Assembly (NCBI GenBank): GCA_041665465.1
Contig: JBAYIU010000001.1
Location: forward strand, 1,406,260-1,470,259
Direction: 5' to 3'
Origin: Candidatus Woesearchaeota archaeon
Lineage (GTDB): Archaea; Nanobdellota; Nanobdellia; Woesearchaeales; GW2011-AR9
Length of the DNA stretch: 64,000 nt
The notes beneath the pieces are model-generated. The model was not told where the DNA came from and made no database searches. It was given only the letters and a program-made list of their open reading frames with translations. Both the position numbers and the translations under genes were made by a program. Positions 38,861 through 47,992 of this stretch are shown piece by piece. How positions within the stretch are numbered: position 1 is the first letter of the stretch; each line of letters begins with the position of its first letter.

Positions 38861-39793
38861 TTACTTCCGATTTAATATCCATTTAATTCTTTCTTCTAAT
38901 TCTTCAGGACCAAACCTGCTTCCAGTAAATCTAGGAGAACCACCAATTGTATTAGAACCATTCCAACGATTAGTCTTTGTAATTCTGTCTCCTTCTAATT
39001 TGTTTAATCCGCGGTATAACTTAGGGATATCATACTTCACCCACACTGATTTTCTTCCCAAGACATAACGATGACCACTTCCATTTTGTGAGCCTAACCA
39101 GGCTGCAAAAGCGTTAATCCCATCGTTGTACATAGCCATACGAGAAGCAGGACCGGTTTCATGGACCATGGTCCATCCCTCTCCACCACCAATTTTCTCA
39201 TACTGGCCTACTAAGGGTAATTTTTCTCCTCCGTTGATTACATGAGCAGAAATTCTACTGAATACTGCTTCCATAATGGTTTTCATTCCGGCTTCGCTCA
39301 TTCCAGAAAGCCTATTCTCAAATCGGGCTTGATTATATGGTTCAAAGATCCAAGCCATTCTTTGTCTCATCTCTGTTTCTCCAAAAGGATAGGCTCCGGC
39401 AGTAGAGTCTAACCTGTCTTCACAATAAACTAAACGATTTATAGGGGGAGAAGCATGGCCAATGACCATGTCATGGTTCATTAATAACCATGCTGCTAAG
39501 CAAGTATCTTCATCACAATCATTCACATAAATCCTAGCCGTAGGAATTCCTCCTTGTTTGAAGGTGTCAAAAAGGTCCATGTTAATCTCTAAATGTACTT
39601 GATCAGAAGTAGATCGGGTAGCAAACCGGTCTACTCCGGTATGATGATCAAAATTAGCGTAAGGTCCGCGAGGGTCTTTATGGGTGGGAGCAGATACAAA
39701 TCCGTCTAAGGCAATAGAATATGGAGGTTTCTGGCTCTTAAATTCATTCCATTTATAGGTCTTTCCCGGCTCAATGTATAGTTCTATTGTCAT
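38861..39793 (-). CDS. Hypothetical protein (310 aa), compositionally GC-richer than neighbours
   Basis: ORF. Contains 'NFDHHTG', 'NDCDEDTC', 'IGGGEGW' but no confident family. Confidence 0.4.
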   Translation of the reverse strand: MTIELYIEPGKTYKWNEFKSQKPPYSIALDGFVSAPTHKDPRGPYANFDHHTGVDRFATRSTSDQVHLEINMDLFDTFKQGGIPTARIYVNDCDEDTCLAAWLLMNHDMVIGHASPPINRLVYCEDRLDSTAGAYPFGETEMRQRMAWIFEPYNQARFENRLSGMSEAGMKTIMEAVFSRISAHVINGGEKLPLVGQYEKIGGGEGWTMVHETGPASRMAMYNDGINAFAAWLGSQNGSGHRYVLGRKSVWVKYDIPKLYRGLNKLEGDRITKTNRWNGSNTIGGSPRFTGSRFGPEELEERIKWILNRK

Positions 39794-39865
39794 GACCCAA
39801 TCTAGGGGATTCTACTCTTTTTAAGGATTTAGGGTGTATAGAATAAACGTTTTAATTCGGTTAGG

Positions 39866-40597
39866 TTATTTTATACTTTTCCACAGATATTCAAAATACT
39901 TTCGATAGTTATCCGCTAGTTTCTTATGCTTAGTTACAAAAGCCAACGGTTTTTCCAACCATAGGATATTAGCGACATAATCTCCGTAAATATAGATGAC
40001 GTTCAACCCACTAAGAATCTTAGGCAGAACTTTGTATTGATAATATTTTGATTGAGTAATTGATTTGTTTTTGGCTTCATGAACTAAGAGTAATCTCCAT
40101 TTGCACTTTAATTTCTCTCTTTTCTTGTTGTATTGTGGCCAGAAGTATGGTAAGCGATTCTCTACATCTCCTGTTGCCCCAATGAATAAGACTTCTTTAT
40201 AATTCAAGCATTCTTTTAATATGGTCTTAATCCCTTCTGTGCCTCGATAAATTTCTGATTCAATTTCGGCAGGAGCTTTTCCAGGATATGAATTCATCTC
40301 AGAGATGATCTTTTTAACCTCTTGTCTTTGTTCTTCAATCTTCGCCTTTTTCTCATCTAAATATTTCTCTAAGTTTTCTGGTTTCTTGGCTTGAAAAAAT
40401 TTGATTTTGTTCTCTATAACATAACTCACCAGTCCTTTTTCAATCAATCGATTCAAGGCATCGTAAAGATTCTTCCTATACACTCCGGTGTCATCGACAA
40501 TCTTTCTTGCAGAAGTTGCTCCTAAATTTAATAATGAGAGATAAATCTTAATCTCGGTTTCGGTTAATCCAATCTCTTTTAAGAGTTTTGTATTCAT
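39866..40597 (-). CDS. TrmB-family transcriptional regulator
   Basis: N-terminal wHTH 'LTETEIKIYLSLLNLGATSARKIVDDTGVYRKNLYDALNRLIEKGLV'. Confidence 0.7.
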   Translation of the reverse strand: MNTKLLKEIGLTETEIKIYLSLLNLGATSARKIVDDTGVYRKNLYDALNRLIEKGLVSYVIENKIKFFQAKKPENLEKYLDEKKAKIEEQRQEVKKIISEMNSYPGKAPAEIESEIYRGTEGIKTILKECLNYKEVLFIGATGDVENRLPYFWPQYNKKREKLKCKWRLLLVHEAKNKSITQSKYYQYKVLPKILSGLNVIYIYGDYVANILWLEKPLAFVTKHKKLADNYRKYFEYLWKSIK

Positions 40598-40665
40598 TAT
40601 CTCTATTTTTGCTTTATTTAATATAAACCTTGTGGTAGTATTAAGATACTACAATAATTAAAATA

Positions 40666-41328
40666 ATGTTGGTTAGCTTCTCTCAAGTGATTAAAATGCT
40701 TGAAATCTATAATTCATCCTGTAAGTCTATTGCTTTAACTGCTTTAATGGGGGCATTAGTATTAATTGAACCTGTTTCTGCACAAGAGTTATCTCCTAAA
40801 GTGGGAGTTGAACAAAGAATTGGAGAAGTAGACCAAGAGCTGAACAGACTTGGAAAGGAAAAGGATTATCTTCAACATAAAAGAGACTTTGATCTTCATT
40901 TAAATAATGCAGAACGATATCTTGAAGCTTTTGTCTCTGATAATTCTCTTACCTTAGAAGAACAAAGAATGATTAGCTCTGAGTTAAAATGGGCACTCTA
41001 CCTCCAATCAAATAATCCTGAATATCAAAATGTGCCCGAGATATGGAAAACTCGATATGATCAAATGAAAGAAAATGCTGATGGGCTAAAGTTAAATCCT
41101 TTTAGATCTGAAGAAGCGGGCTTAGAGCAAGAATTAAGAAATCACGGTTATCCTGAAATTAAAGTAGGATATAATGGGTTATGGAATAACTTTGCTTTGG
41201 AAATTGGAGAAACATTTCTTGCTGCCTTTCGAGTGGCTTATTGGGGTGTTGCTTTTCTGTCGATAAGGTGGGTATACCGAAAAATGAATCGCAAAAAGTT
41301 ACAAAACAACGAAAAACCAGAGGTTTGA
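40666..41328 (+). CDS. Secreted/membrane-anchored hypothetical protein
   Basis: Signal-like 'IALTALMGALVLIEPVSAQ', C-terminal hydrophobic helix. Confidence 0.4.
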   Translation: MLVSFSQVIKMLEIYNSSCKSIALTALMGALVLIEPVSAQELSPKVGVEQRIGEVDQELNRLGKEKDYLQHKRDFDLHLNNAERYLEAFVSDNSLTLEEQRMISSELKWALYLQSNNPEYQNVPEIWKTRYDQMKENADGLKLNPFRSEEAGLEQELRNHGYPEIKVGYNGLWNNFALEIGETFLAAFRVAYWGVAFLSIRWVYRKMNRKKLQNNEKPEV

Positions 41329-41330
41329 AA

Positions 41331-41636
41331 ATGGGAAGTCTAAGCGATAGTATCGTTCAAATCTGGGGAGAACGCAGTCCTGAAGATATTCTATCCCCCT
41401 TTTGTTTTAGGGTAGACCAAAGTTATGTTGGTTTAATCAGTAAATTTGAAGAGAAAGAACTATGGCTCGATATTTATGATTCTAAATCTGGACAGTTAAC
41501 TCCCAATTCTATGAGCGTTTCATATGTTCATTTTTTTAATGGCCGTTTTAGGTCCCGCTCTAAAAAAGAAGTTCTGTCTGAAATACCACGAGAAAGTGCA
41601 CTAGCCGAAAGAATCTTACTGTACTTGTATGCTTAA
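41331..41636 (+). CDS. Hypothetical protein (operon with flanking genes)
   Basis: ATG 2 nt after the upstream stop. Confidence 0.3.
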   Translation: MGSLSDSIVQIWGERSPEDILSPFCFRVDQSYVGLISKFEEKELWLDIYDSKSGQLTPNSMSVSYVHFFNGRFRSRSKKEVLSEIPRESALAERILLYLYA

Positions 41637-42381
41637 AATGACACTTGAAAGACAATTAGCTTTACACAAAGTAGAAGAAGGTAAGATTGTGGTTATACAT
41701 AATGGCGACCAACTGGAATTTATTAAATATGATGGGAAACTACTCCAAAAAGCAGAGTGTATTTGGGATATCCCTACCTTCTCCGAATTAATCTCGTTGA
41801 TAACTACTGCTCGTAAAAGTTGCGGGGGGAATGGTGAGAATGTTCTGCGTTTATTTAATGGATATAATAATTCTGATCGAATCATTCCATCTGGTCTTCA
41901 TGATATAAAATGGGGAACAGCTACTTCTCTGGCAATCATTCCTGAACAAGATATTCACATTAATGAAAGAAATACTCTAAGGAAGATGGACTATTCTCAA
42001 ATAATAATGCCTTCAAATGATTTACGTGGACGGATCTCTACTAGAACGTTTTTGCGATGGGGGTTGGTTCAGAAACTATGCGATTCAGATGAAACACTAG
42101 AAAAACTTGCTGATCTTGTAGATTCTTATCTTGTTGCTCCCTTAGTCTCTGGACCGGAGAGTTATTGTTTTTCGGTTTGGTTGTCACATTTAGGTTCGGA
42201 AAAAAGAAACGTTTCAGCACAAGTCACCTTGGGAGTAGGGTATAATTATCCTCATTTTCCTTATGCCGAATCTAGATGTGGTGATTCAGCCCTTTATACT
42301 AAAATTGGGTCTTTAGAGCTTTCATTCAATAGTGCAATCAGCAATGGACCTTACGTAATCCTCAAGAAATCGAAATTTTAA
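41629..42381 (+). CDS. Hypothetical protein (250 aa)
   Basis: ORF overlapping the previous stop by 8 nt. Confidence 0.4.
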   Translation: MLKMTLERQLALHKVEEGKIVVIHNGDQLEFIKYDGKLLQKAECIWDIPTFSELISLITTARKSCGGNGENVLRLFNGYNNSDRIIPSGLHDIKWGTATSLAIIPEQDIHINERNTLRKMDYSQIIMPSNDLRGRISTRTFLRWGLVQKLCDSDETLEKLADLVDSYLVAPLVSGPESYCFSVWLSHLGSEKRNVSAQVTLGVGYNYPHFPYAESRCGDSALYTKIGSLELSFNSAISNGPYVILKKSKF

Positions 42382-42437
42382 AAATCAAAACAAAAATAAA
42401 AAAAATCTAATATGAATATAATTGTGATTATATCTGA

Positions 42438-42596
42438 TTAGAACTTCTTGTGCTTCTGGTAACAGTTTCTACAATAAACTGGTTTTCCTGGAGTGGGCTT
42501 AAAAGGTACTTCGCACTCTTGGTTACAGTCTGCACAAACAGCTTTGTGTCTCTCTCGGGGTCCGTCAAAACTTCTTTGGTTTCCAAAATTTCCCAT
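42438..42596 (-). CDS. Small (52 aa) CxxC...CxxC zinc-ribbon protein, absent from the ORF track
   Basis: My translation of the minus strand: MGNFGNQRSFDGPRERHKAVCADCNQECEVPFKPTPGKPVYCRNCYQKHKKF. 'CxxC-x17-CxxC' with 'EVPF.P....PVYC' resembles zf-trcl-like ribbons. Confidence 0.5.
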   Translation of the reverse strand: MGNFGNQRSFDGPRERHKAVCADCNQECEVPFKPTPGKPVYCRNCYQKHKKF

Positions 42597-42758
42597 GTTA
42601 TATATTTCACCTATGTGTGTATTTCTTACACAGAAATAGTGTCCAAGATCCTCTTTTGGATTATGTCTGTTATTACTTCTAAACCTATGGCTGTTTATAA
42701 ATGTATGTCCTGGAAAAGATAAATTAATATATCTACTCCTCTAAAAATCCTCTTAATT

Positions 42759-43364
42759 ATGGCCATTACTACTTACCTTTTTGATCTGGACGATACTTTG
42801 ATTGATGCTCAAATCTATGCTAAAATTTATCCCTTTATTATCTCTGGGATTAAATCCAAGTTCAAGCTTACTGATAAATTGCTGGATGAGGAGATGCAGC
42901 AACTTGGATTGAAGAAGAATAAGTATAATCGCTGGGATACTGGGGATATCTGCCGTGCTTTGGGAATGTTAGACTTTTATTATCAAGAACTAGAGAAGGC
43001 TATTCAGGTTAATTCTTGGGTTAACCTAGATGCTCAAGCTCTGTTTTCTACTTTGAAACAACGAGGTAAGAAGATTGGAATAGTTTCTAATTCTATGTCC
43101 AGAACCATTTATGCTTATCTGCATAAATATGGGTTAAGTGAAATGGTTGATTTTATTGTTTCTGCAGTAGAATTGAACAAAAGGAAAAGTGATGAAGTAT
43201 TCTGGCGCGATCTTATCAGTAGTCATAAACTGATCCCTAAAGAAACCGTTGTTATAGGAGATGATCTGCAGGAAGACGTTAATCTGCCTAAAAAGTTTGG
43301 ATTTCAGACTTTTCATATGGTTAGAGCAGAAGACTTGAAAAGGATAGCTGGACTGTTTCCTTAA
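42759..43364 (+). CDS. HAD-superfamily hydrolase
   Basis: Motif I 'FDLDDTLID', motif II 'GIVSNS', motif IV 'VIGDDLQEDV'. Confidence 0.75.
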   Translation: MAITTYLFDLDDTLIDAQIYAKIYPFIISGIKSKFKLTDKLLDEEMQQLGLKKNKYNRWDTGDICRALGMLDFYYQELEKAIQVNSWVNLDAQALFSTLKQRGKKIGIVSNSMSRTIYAYLHKYGLSEMVDFIVSAVELNKRKSDEVFWRDLISSHKLIPKETVVIGDDLQEDVNLPKKFGFQTFHMVRAEDLKRIAGLFP

Positions 43365-43437
43365 GGATAACCTGAAAGGGATAGAATAAATTGGCGTAAT
43401 CTTTATTCTTCTTTGTTTCTGTATTCTTGTTTATAAT

Positions 43438-44913
43438 CTAGGTATCCTTGGGAATTAATCGGTTTAACTCTTCCCTATAGTTCGGTAAATTTTCTAGAGT
43501 TAAGACTTTAGAAATATTCGGAGCATAGTTCTTAACAATCTCTCTAAATAACTTAAATGATCTTTCAGTCATCAATTCATGTCCATTGGTTTCCATTAGA
43601 GGCACAGTTAAAAAACTTTGAACTCTGTCCAACTGATGAGCATCATAACTCATTCTTATTGCATAATCATTAACTAGTTTTCTTTCTTCCTGGTTTGGAT
43701 GGGAAATGACATTGGCCAACGTCTCAAATCCAAGATTGGCAAAAAAAGTTGGATTATCTAGAAGCTTTTGATAAGCCTTTGATTGTTTCCACTCCGGTCT
43801 TCTCCAATTTCTATTCCCGGGAATGAAATTCTTAGCAGGGAAGCCGCGATAAATAGAACTGTTGAATGAACTTAACAATCCGTTACATACCTCTCTTGTT
43901 TCTCTGAGGGTCTCTTTAGTATCCTCTTCAATCCCAAAAACATATAGGATCTCGGGGATAAAACCATTCTTCTCTGCGTGAATAAAAGACTCTAATAATC
44001 TTGATTCTAAGTCTAAATCTCCTTTGCCCATGGCTTTAAGCAGTTTAACATTAGCTGCACCATCGGCACCAAAACCAAATTGATAAAAACCAGCTTCCTT
44101 AACTAACTGCATTAACTCTTCATCTTTAGATGCTTGAAGATAGGAATCAGCTCGAGTTAAGGCTCTTAATCTTAAACTTATTCCATATTCCTCTTGAAGA
44201 CTGACTATAACTTGCAATTCCCGCTTTAACTTCCCCTTATCTCCGCCATTCAAAGCCTGTTGAAAAAAATCAAGTGAAGTGACATAAGCACTTAATTGAG
44301 AGATTCCCAGTTCTCTTGCTTGGCCCAAATAAGTTCTTAAGTTATCCTTGATATCATAAAATTGTTCTCTACTCCCTGTTTGTGCTCCACAAAATGAACA
44401 GTTATACTTGCACCCTTGACTAAATAAAAGAGTAATCTCGTTGTTGAGATAAACTCTCAAATCCTCTTCAGAAATTCGTTCTAACTGTTTTCTAATAGAG
44501 ATATTCCAATAATTATCTTCCATTAATGCTTCTCTTCCAACTTGGTTCGCTTTAGGAAATATTCTTCCAAATTCCTCGGGCTCTAATTTTTCAATTCCTT
44601 GGCCTCCGAAGTAAATCCTTTCAGGAATAATCTCTCTATCTAGCAAGTTAAGATAGATTTGATGAGCAGGAGCAATGTTTTGTGCACCCATAACGTGAAT
44701 CCCGATGGAATCAAAATCACTTATATCTCGTTCATCTAAGTTATGTAATTGACAATCATGATATTGAATTGCTGCATTTTGTGTTTCTTCTAAGATCTGT
44801 CCTGCATAAAGCAGTCCTAACGGTAAAAATGGGGTTTCATCCTTAACAAACTCTTTTGAGTAATGCACATATGGTGGGTGGACCATTAACACCTTGCCTG
44901 AGGGAAGATTCAT
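43438..44913 (-). CDS. B12-binding-domain radical SAM protein
   Basis: 'CKYNCSFC' CxxxCxxC cluster after an N-terminal Rossmann-like B12-binding region. Confidence 0.75.
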   Translation of the reverse strand: MNLPSGKVLMVHPPYVHYSKEFVKDETPFLPLGLLYAGQILEETQNAAIQYHDCQLHNLDERDISDFDSIGIHVMGAQNIAPAHQIYLNLLDREIIPERIYFGGQGIEKLEPEEFGRIFPKANQVGREALMEDNYWNISIRKQLERISEEDLRVYLNNEITLLFSQGCKYNCSFCGAQTGSREQFYDIKDNLRTYLGQARELGISQLSAYVTSLDFFQQALNGGDKGKLKRELQVIVSLQEEYGISLRLRALTRADSYLQASKDEELMQLVKEAGFYQFGFGADGAANVKLLKAMGKGDLDLESRLLESFIHAEKNGFIPEILYVFGIEEDTKETLRETREVCNGLLSSFNSSIYRGFPAKNFIPGNRNWRRPEWKQSKAYQKLLDNPTFFANLGFETLANVISHPNQEERKLVNDYAIRMSYDAHQLDRVQSFLTVPLMETNGHELMTERSFKLFREIVKNYAPNISKVLTLENLPNYREELNRLIPKDT

Positions 44914-44916
44914 TGC

Positions 44917-45438
44917 TCACTGCTCCACTTCTGGGTCTTTGTATTTCTCTAAGAATGGTTCTAGCTTATCCGCTATGGCATCTATTTCTTTTCTGCTTTC
45001 TTCTAGATTTGTTAGATCTTTTCTTAAAAATGTATCAATCGTTAACTCTACCCTCTTAAGATAGATGACAACTGCCCCCCCAAAATTATCTACTGTAGGA
45101 AAGTCTCCATTTGATATTCCTGGCAGGCCATAATGATAAGCATTATAATCTAGAGTTACAGTTACTTCATCGGCTTTCGCACTTGATTTAAAAGAGTACT
45201 CTAAGCTAACTTCGGAATTAAGACCTTCACTCACATCAAAGAAAGCTCCTTTTTTCAAGATTCTTTTTTCTGGAACAATTCCTTCTATTCCTGTTTCTAA
45301 GAATCCAATCAATTCTTCTATCCCTTGCAGATCTTGGAACTTTTCATCATGGAATGGAACCTCAACTTTTACTTGTTGATACTGATGTTGATTATTGTTC
45401 CATCCCCCTTTCTTAACTAAATTATATTCTCGGACCAT
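44917..45438 (-). CDS. Hypothetical protein co-transcribed with the radical SAM enzyme
   Basis: ORF; 3-nt gap to the downstream gene. Confidence 0.4.
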   Translation of the reverse strand: MVREYNLVKKGGWNNNQHQYQQVKVEVPFHDEKFQDLQGIEELIGFLETGIEGIVPEKRILKKGAFFDVSEGLNSEVSLEYSFKSSAKADEVTVTLDYNAYHYGLPGISNGDFPTVDNFGGAVVIYLKRVELTIDTFLRKDLTNLEESRKEIDAIADKLEPFLEKYKDPEVEQ

Positions 45439-45561
45439 GTTAATTCCTCCTTTTGATTACTTATCTGTAGCAACTACTACTTATAATAAATATACGATTA
45501 ATTATTTTGTCAAAAAGGAAATATTTATATATAAAAGTAAATTATATCTTAAATGGGCTAA

Positions 45562-46512
45562 ATGGTAGATAATACGGACTTGCGTTTATTGTACGAGTTG
45601 AATTGGAACTGCCGACAGACTCACACCTCTTTAGGTAAGAAGCTGCGTATTTCTAAACAGGTGGTAAGTTATAGAATTGCTCAGTTAGAGAAAAACCAGA
45701 TAATTCAAAGTTATCATGCTTTGATTGATTGGAGAAAGTTAGGATATAATTCTATTCGTGTTTACATCAAGTGGCATCGTATCTCTCCGGAAGAAGAAAA
45801 AAAGATATACGACGAGATTAAAAAAAACCCTTTCTTTATGTGGACAGTTAAGTTTGAAGGAGAGTTTGACTTGGGTCTTTACATGTGGGTAAAGGAAGTG
45901 CCAGAATTTTCTCAGAAATGGTTTTCCTTTCTAGCTAAGTACAAAAAGTTTATCTTAAGATATGAGATTTACGAATCGGTCAATATGGTCCATTATCCCA
46001 TGAAAGTGTTAGTTGAGAATTCTAAAAATGATGAGAAAATACTTGGCGAAGGAAATAAAGTAGAATATGATTCCATCGATGATGAGATTATGAAAGTTCT
46101 TACCGAGAATGCTTCAACTTCACTCGTAGAATTAGCTAAAAGAATTAAATTAACGCCAAAAGCAGCTCTTTATCGTCTACGTAAATTAGAGAAAAACAAG
46201 ATAATTCTCGGTTATAATGCCTTAATTGATACTGATAAGTTAGGTTATCGTTTTTATAAGATTGATTTTTATCTCAATGACTTTAGCCGAATTAAGGAAA
46301 TGAATGAGTTCGCTAAGCAGCATAAGAATATTGTTTATCGCATGAGAACTATTGGTGGTCCAGATTTTGAGATTGAGGTTATGGTTAAAGATGTTACGGA
46401 AATGAATCAATTAGTTGCAGAGATCAGGAGAAGGTTTTCTGAATGTATAGAATATTCCCGTTTCCACCGTTTTGAGTATACAATTAAACAGGTGTATCTA
46501 CCGGGAGAGTAA
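45562..46512 (+). CDS. Tandem-duplicated Lrp/AsnC-type transcriptional regulator (two HTH plus RAM-like units in one chain)
   Basis: 'TDLRLLYELNWNCRQTHTSLGKKLRISKQVVSYRIAQLEKNQII' and 'DDEIMKVLTENASTSLVELAKRIKLTPKAALYRLRKLEKNKII' each followed by a 'YHALID/YNALID' RAM-like segment. Confidence 0.7.
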   Translation: MVDNTDLRLLYELNWNCRQTHTSLGKKLRISKQVVSYRIAQLEKNQIIQSYHALIDWRKLGYNSIRVYIKWHRISPEEEKKIYDEIKKNPFFMWTVKFEGEFDLGLYMWVKEVPEFSQKWFSFLAKYKKFILRYEIYESVNMVHYPMKVLVENSKNDEKILGEGNKVEYDSIDDEIMKVLTENASTSLVELAKRIKLTPKAALYRLRKLEKNKIILGYNALIDTDKLGYRFYKIDFYLNDFSRIKEMNEFAKQHKNIVYRMRTIGGPDFEIEVMVKDVTEMNQLVAEIRRRFSECIEYSRFHRFEYTIKQVYLPGE

Positions 46513-46557
46513 TTCTCCACGGAAATATTTATTAACAAACTAAAGTTATAACTCTTT

Positions 46558-47925
46558 ATGGTTGAACTGATATCCACTAATCCCGCTAAAAACTATGAAG
46601 TTCTCGGTAAGGTCGAGGTTTCTTCTTCTGAAAAAATTCTTGAGAAAGTTAAATTGGCTAATAAAGTTAAACTCCTTTGGAAAGAAACTTCAATTAAAGA
46701 GAGGATAGCTTTACTTAAACCCATTTATGAAGATTTTAACTCTAGAAAAGAAGAATTAGCTCTTTTGATTACTCGAGAGATGGGTAAGCCCATAACCGAT
46801 AGCAGAGGAGAAGTGAGTGGTTTTCTAACTGAATGGAATTGGTTTTTTGAAAATGCAGAAAAAGCTTTAGCTGAAGAAATCACTTTTGAAGGTAATAATT
46901 CTAAACATAAGATTGTTTACGAACCTCTTGGCACGACTGCAGTGATCACTCCTTGGAATTATCCCTTTGGTATGTTTGTGTGGGGAGTAGTTCCTAATTT
47001 ATTAGCCGGTAACCCGGTAGTCTTTAAGATCTCTGAAGAATGTCCGTTAACTGGTAAACTGATTGAGCAAGTGATGACTGCTCATGATCTTCCTAGTGGT
47101 GTATTCTCGGAAGTTTACGGTGCTGGCGAAGTGGGTCAGAGATTAGCTAATAGTAAAATTGATTTAATCTGGTTTACCGGAAGCACTAAAGTGGGAAAAC
47201 TGTTGTACAAAATCGCCGCAAAGAAGTTTATCCGAGTAGTCTTAGAAATGGGGGGTTCAAACCCTGCTATTGTTTTTGAAAATGTTAACGTTTCTGAAAT
47301 AATTAACACTATCTATTCCGGTCGGTTTGGTAATTGTGGACAGGTTTGTGATGCTTTGAAACGTTTGATAGTTCACGAATCTTTATTTGAAGAGGTAGTT
47401 GAAAAGTTAAAGCAGCGAGTGGAAAGAGTAAAACTGGGGTCTCCGGAGGATCCTAAGACTGAGATGGGAAGTTTAGTCGCAAAAAGACAACTTCTTGTTC
47501 TCCAGGATCAAGTAAAGGATGCTTTAGAGAAGGGTGCGAAGTTGATTACCGGTGGAAAAGCTCTGGATTTGGGCGGTGCTTTCTATGAGCCCACCATCCT
47601 AACCCATCTCACTCCTAAGATGCGGGTGTGGAAAGAAGAAGTTTTCGGTCCGGTTCTGCCTATCGTCGCTTTCAAGACGGAAAAACAAGCCTTAAAGTTA
47701 GCTAATGATACTCCTTACGGATTAGGCAGTCGGGTCTTCTCTAAGGATTTAGAAAGAGCGAGAAGAGTTGCTTCTAAGATTGAGGCGGGAGTGGTCGAGA
47801 TTAATAATGCGGATCACTGGCTTACTTGTAATCCTTTTGGCGGGTATAAAAACTCTGGCATGGGTCGGGAGTTAGGATTAATGGGATTTAAAGAATTATG
47901 TCAAGTTAAGGTTATTTCTGAATAA
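46558..47925 (+). CDS. NAD(P)-dependent aldehyde dehydrogenase
   Basis: 'VLEMGGSNP', catalytic 'FGNCGQVC', 'EEVFGPV'. Confidence 0.9.
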   Translation: MVELISTNPAKNYEVLGKVEVSSSEKILEKVKLANKVKLLWKETSIKERIALLKPIYEDFNSRKEELALLITREMGKPITDSRGEVSGFLTEWNWFFENAEKALAEEITFEGNNSKHKIVYEPLGTTAVITPWNYPFGMFVWGVVPNLLAGNPVVFKISEECPLTGKLIEQVMTAHDLPSGVFSEVYGAGEVGQRLANSKIDLIWFTGSTKVGKLLYKIAAKKFIRVVLEMGGSNPAIVFENVNVSEIINTIYSGRFGNCGQVCDALKRLIVHESLFEEVVEKLKQRVERVKLGSPEDPKTEMGSLVAKRQLLVLQDQVKDALEKGAKLITGGKALDLGGAFYEPTILTHLTPKMRVWKEEVFGPVLPIVAFKTEKQALKLANDTPYGLGSRVFSKDLERARRVASKIEAGVVEINNADHWLTCNPFGGYKNSGMGRELGLMGFKELCQVKVISE

Positions 47926-47992
47926 ACCAATTCGGCTAATCTACTTCTCTTCTCGCGAAAACTTAATATACCCTTATCCTTCTATTAAGACC

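Noticed and set aside
38861-39793. Assigning the 310-aa protein to the DHH phosphoesterase family
   Set aside because: It has DHH and GGGEGW strings but in the wrong order and spacing relative to DHH/DHHA1 motifs; left as hypothetical.
41241-41885. Track 5' extension of ORF 41241 and antisense ORF 41616..41885
   Set aside because: Extension overlaps the upstream gene; internal Met at 41331 immediately follows its stop.
42428-42722. ORFs 42428..42610 (-) and 42450..42722 (+)
   Set aside because: Low-complexity translations; a third frame encodes a clean zinc-ribbon protein (42438..42596), which is the better gene.
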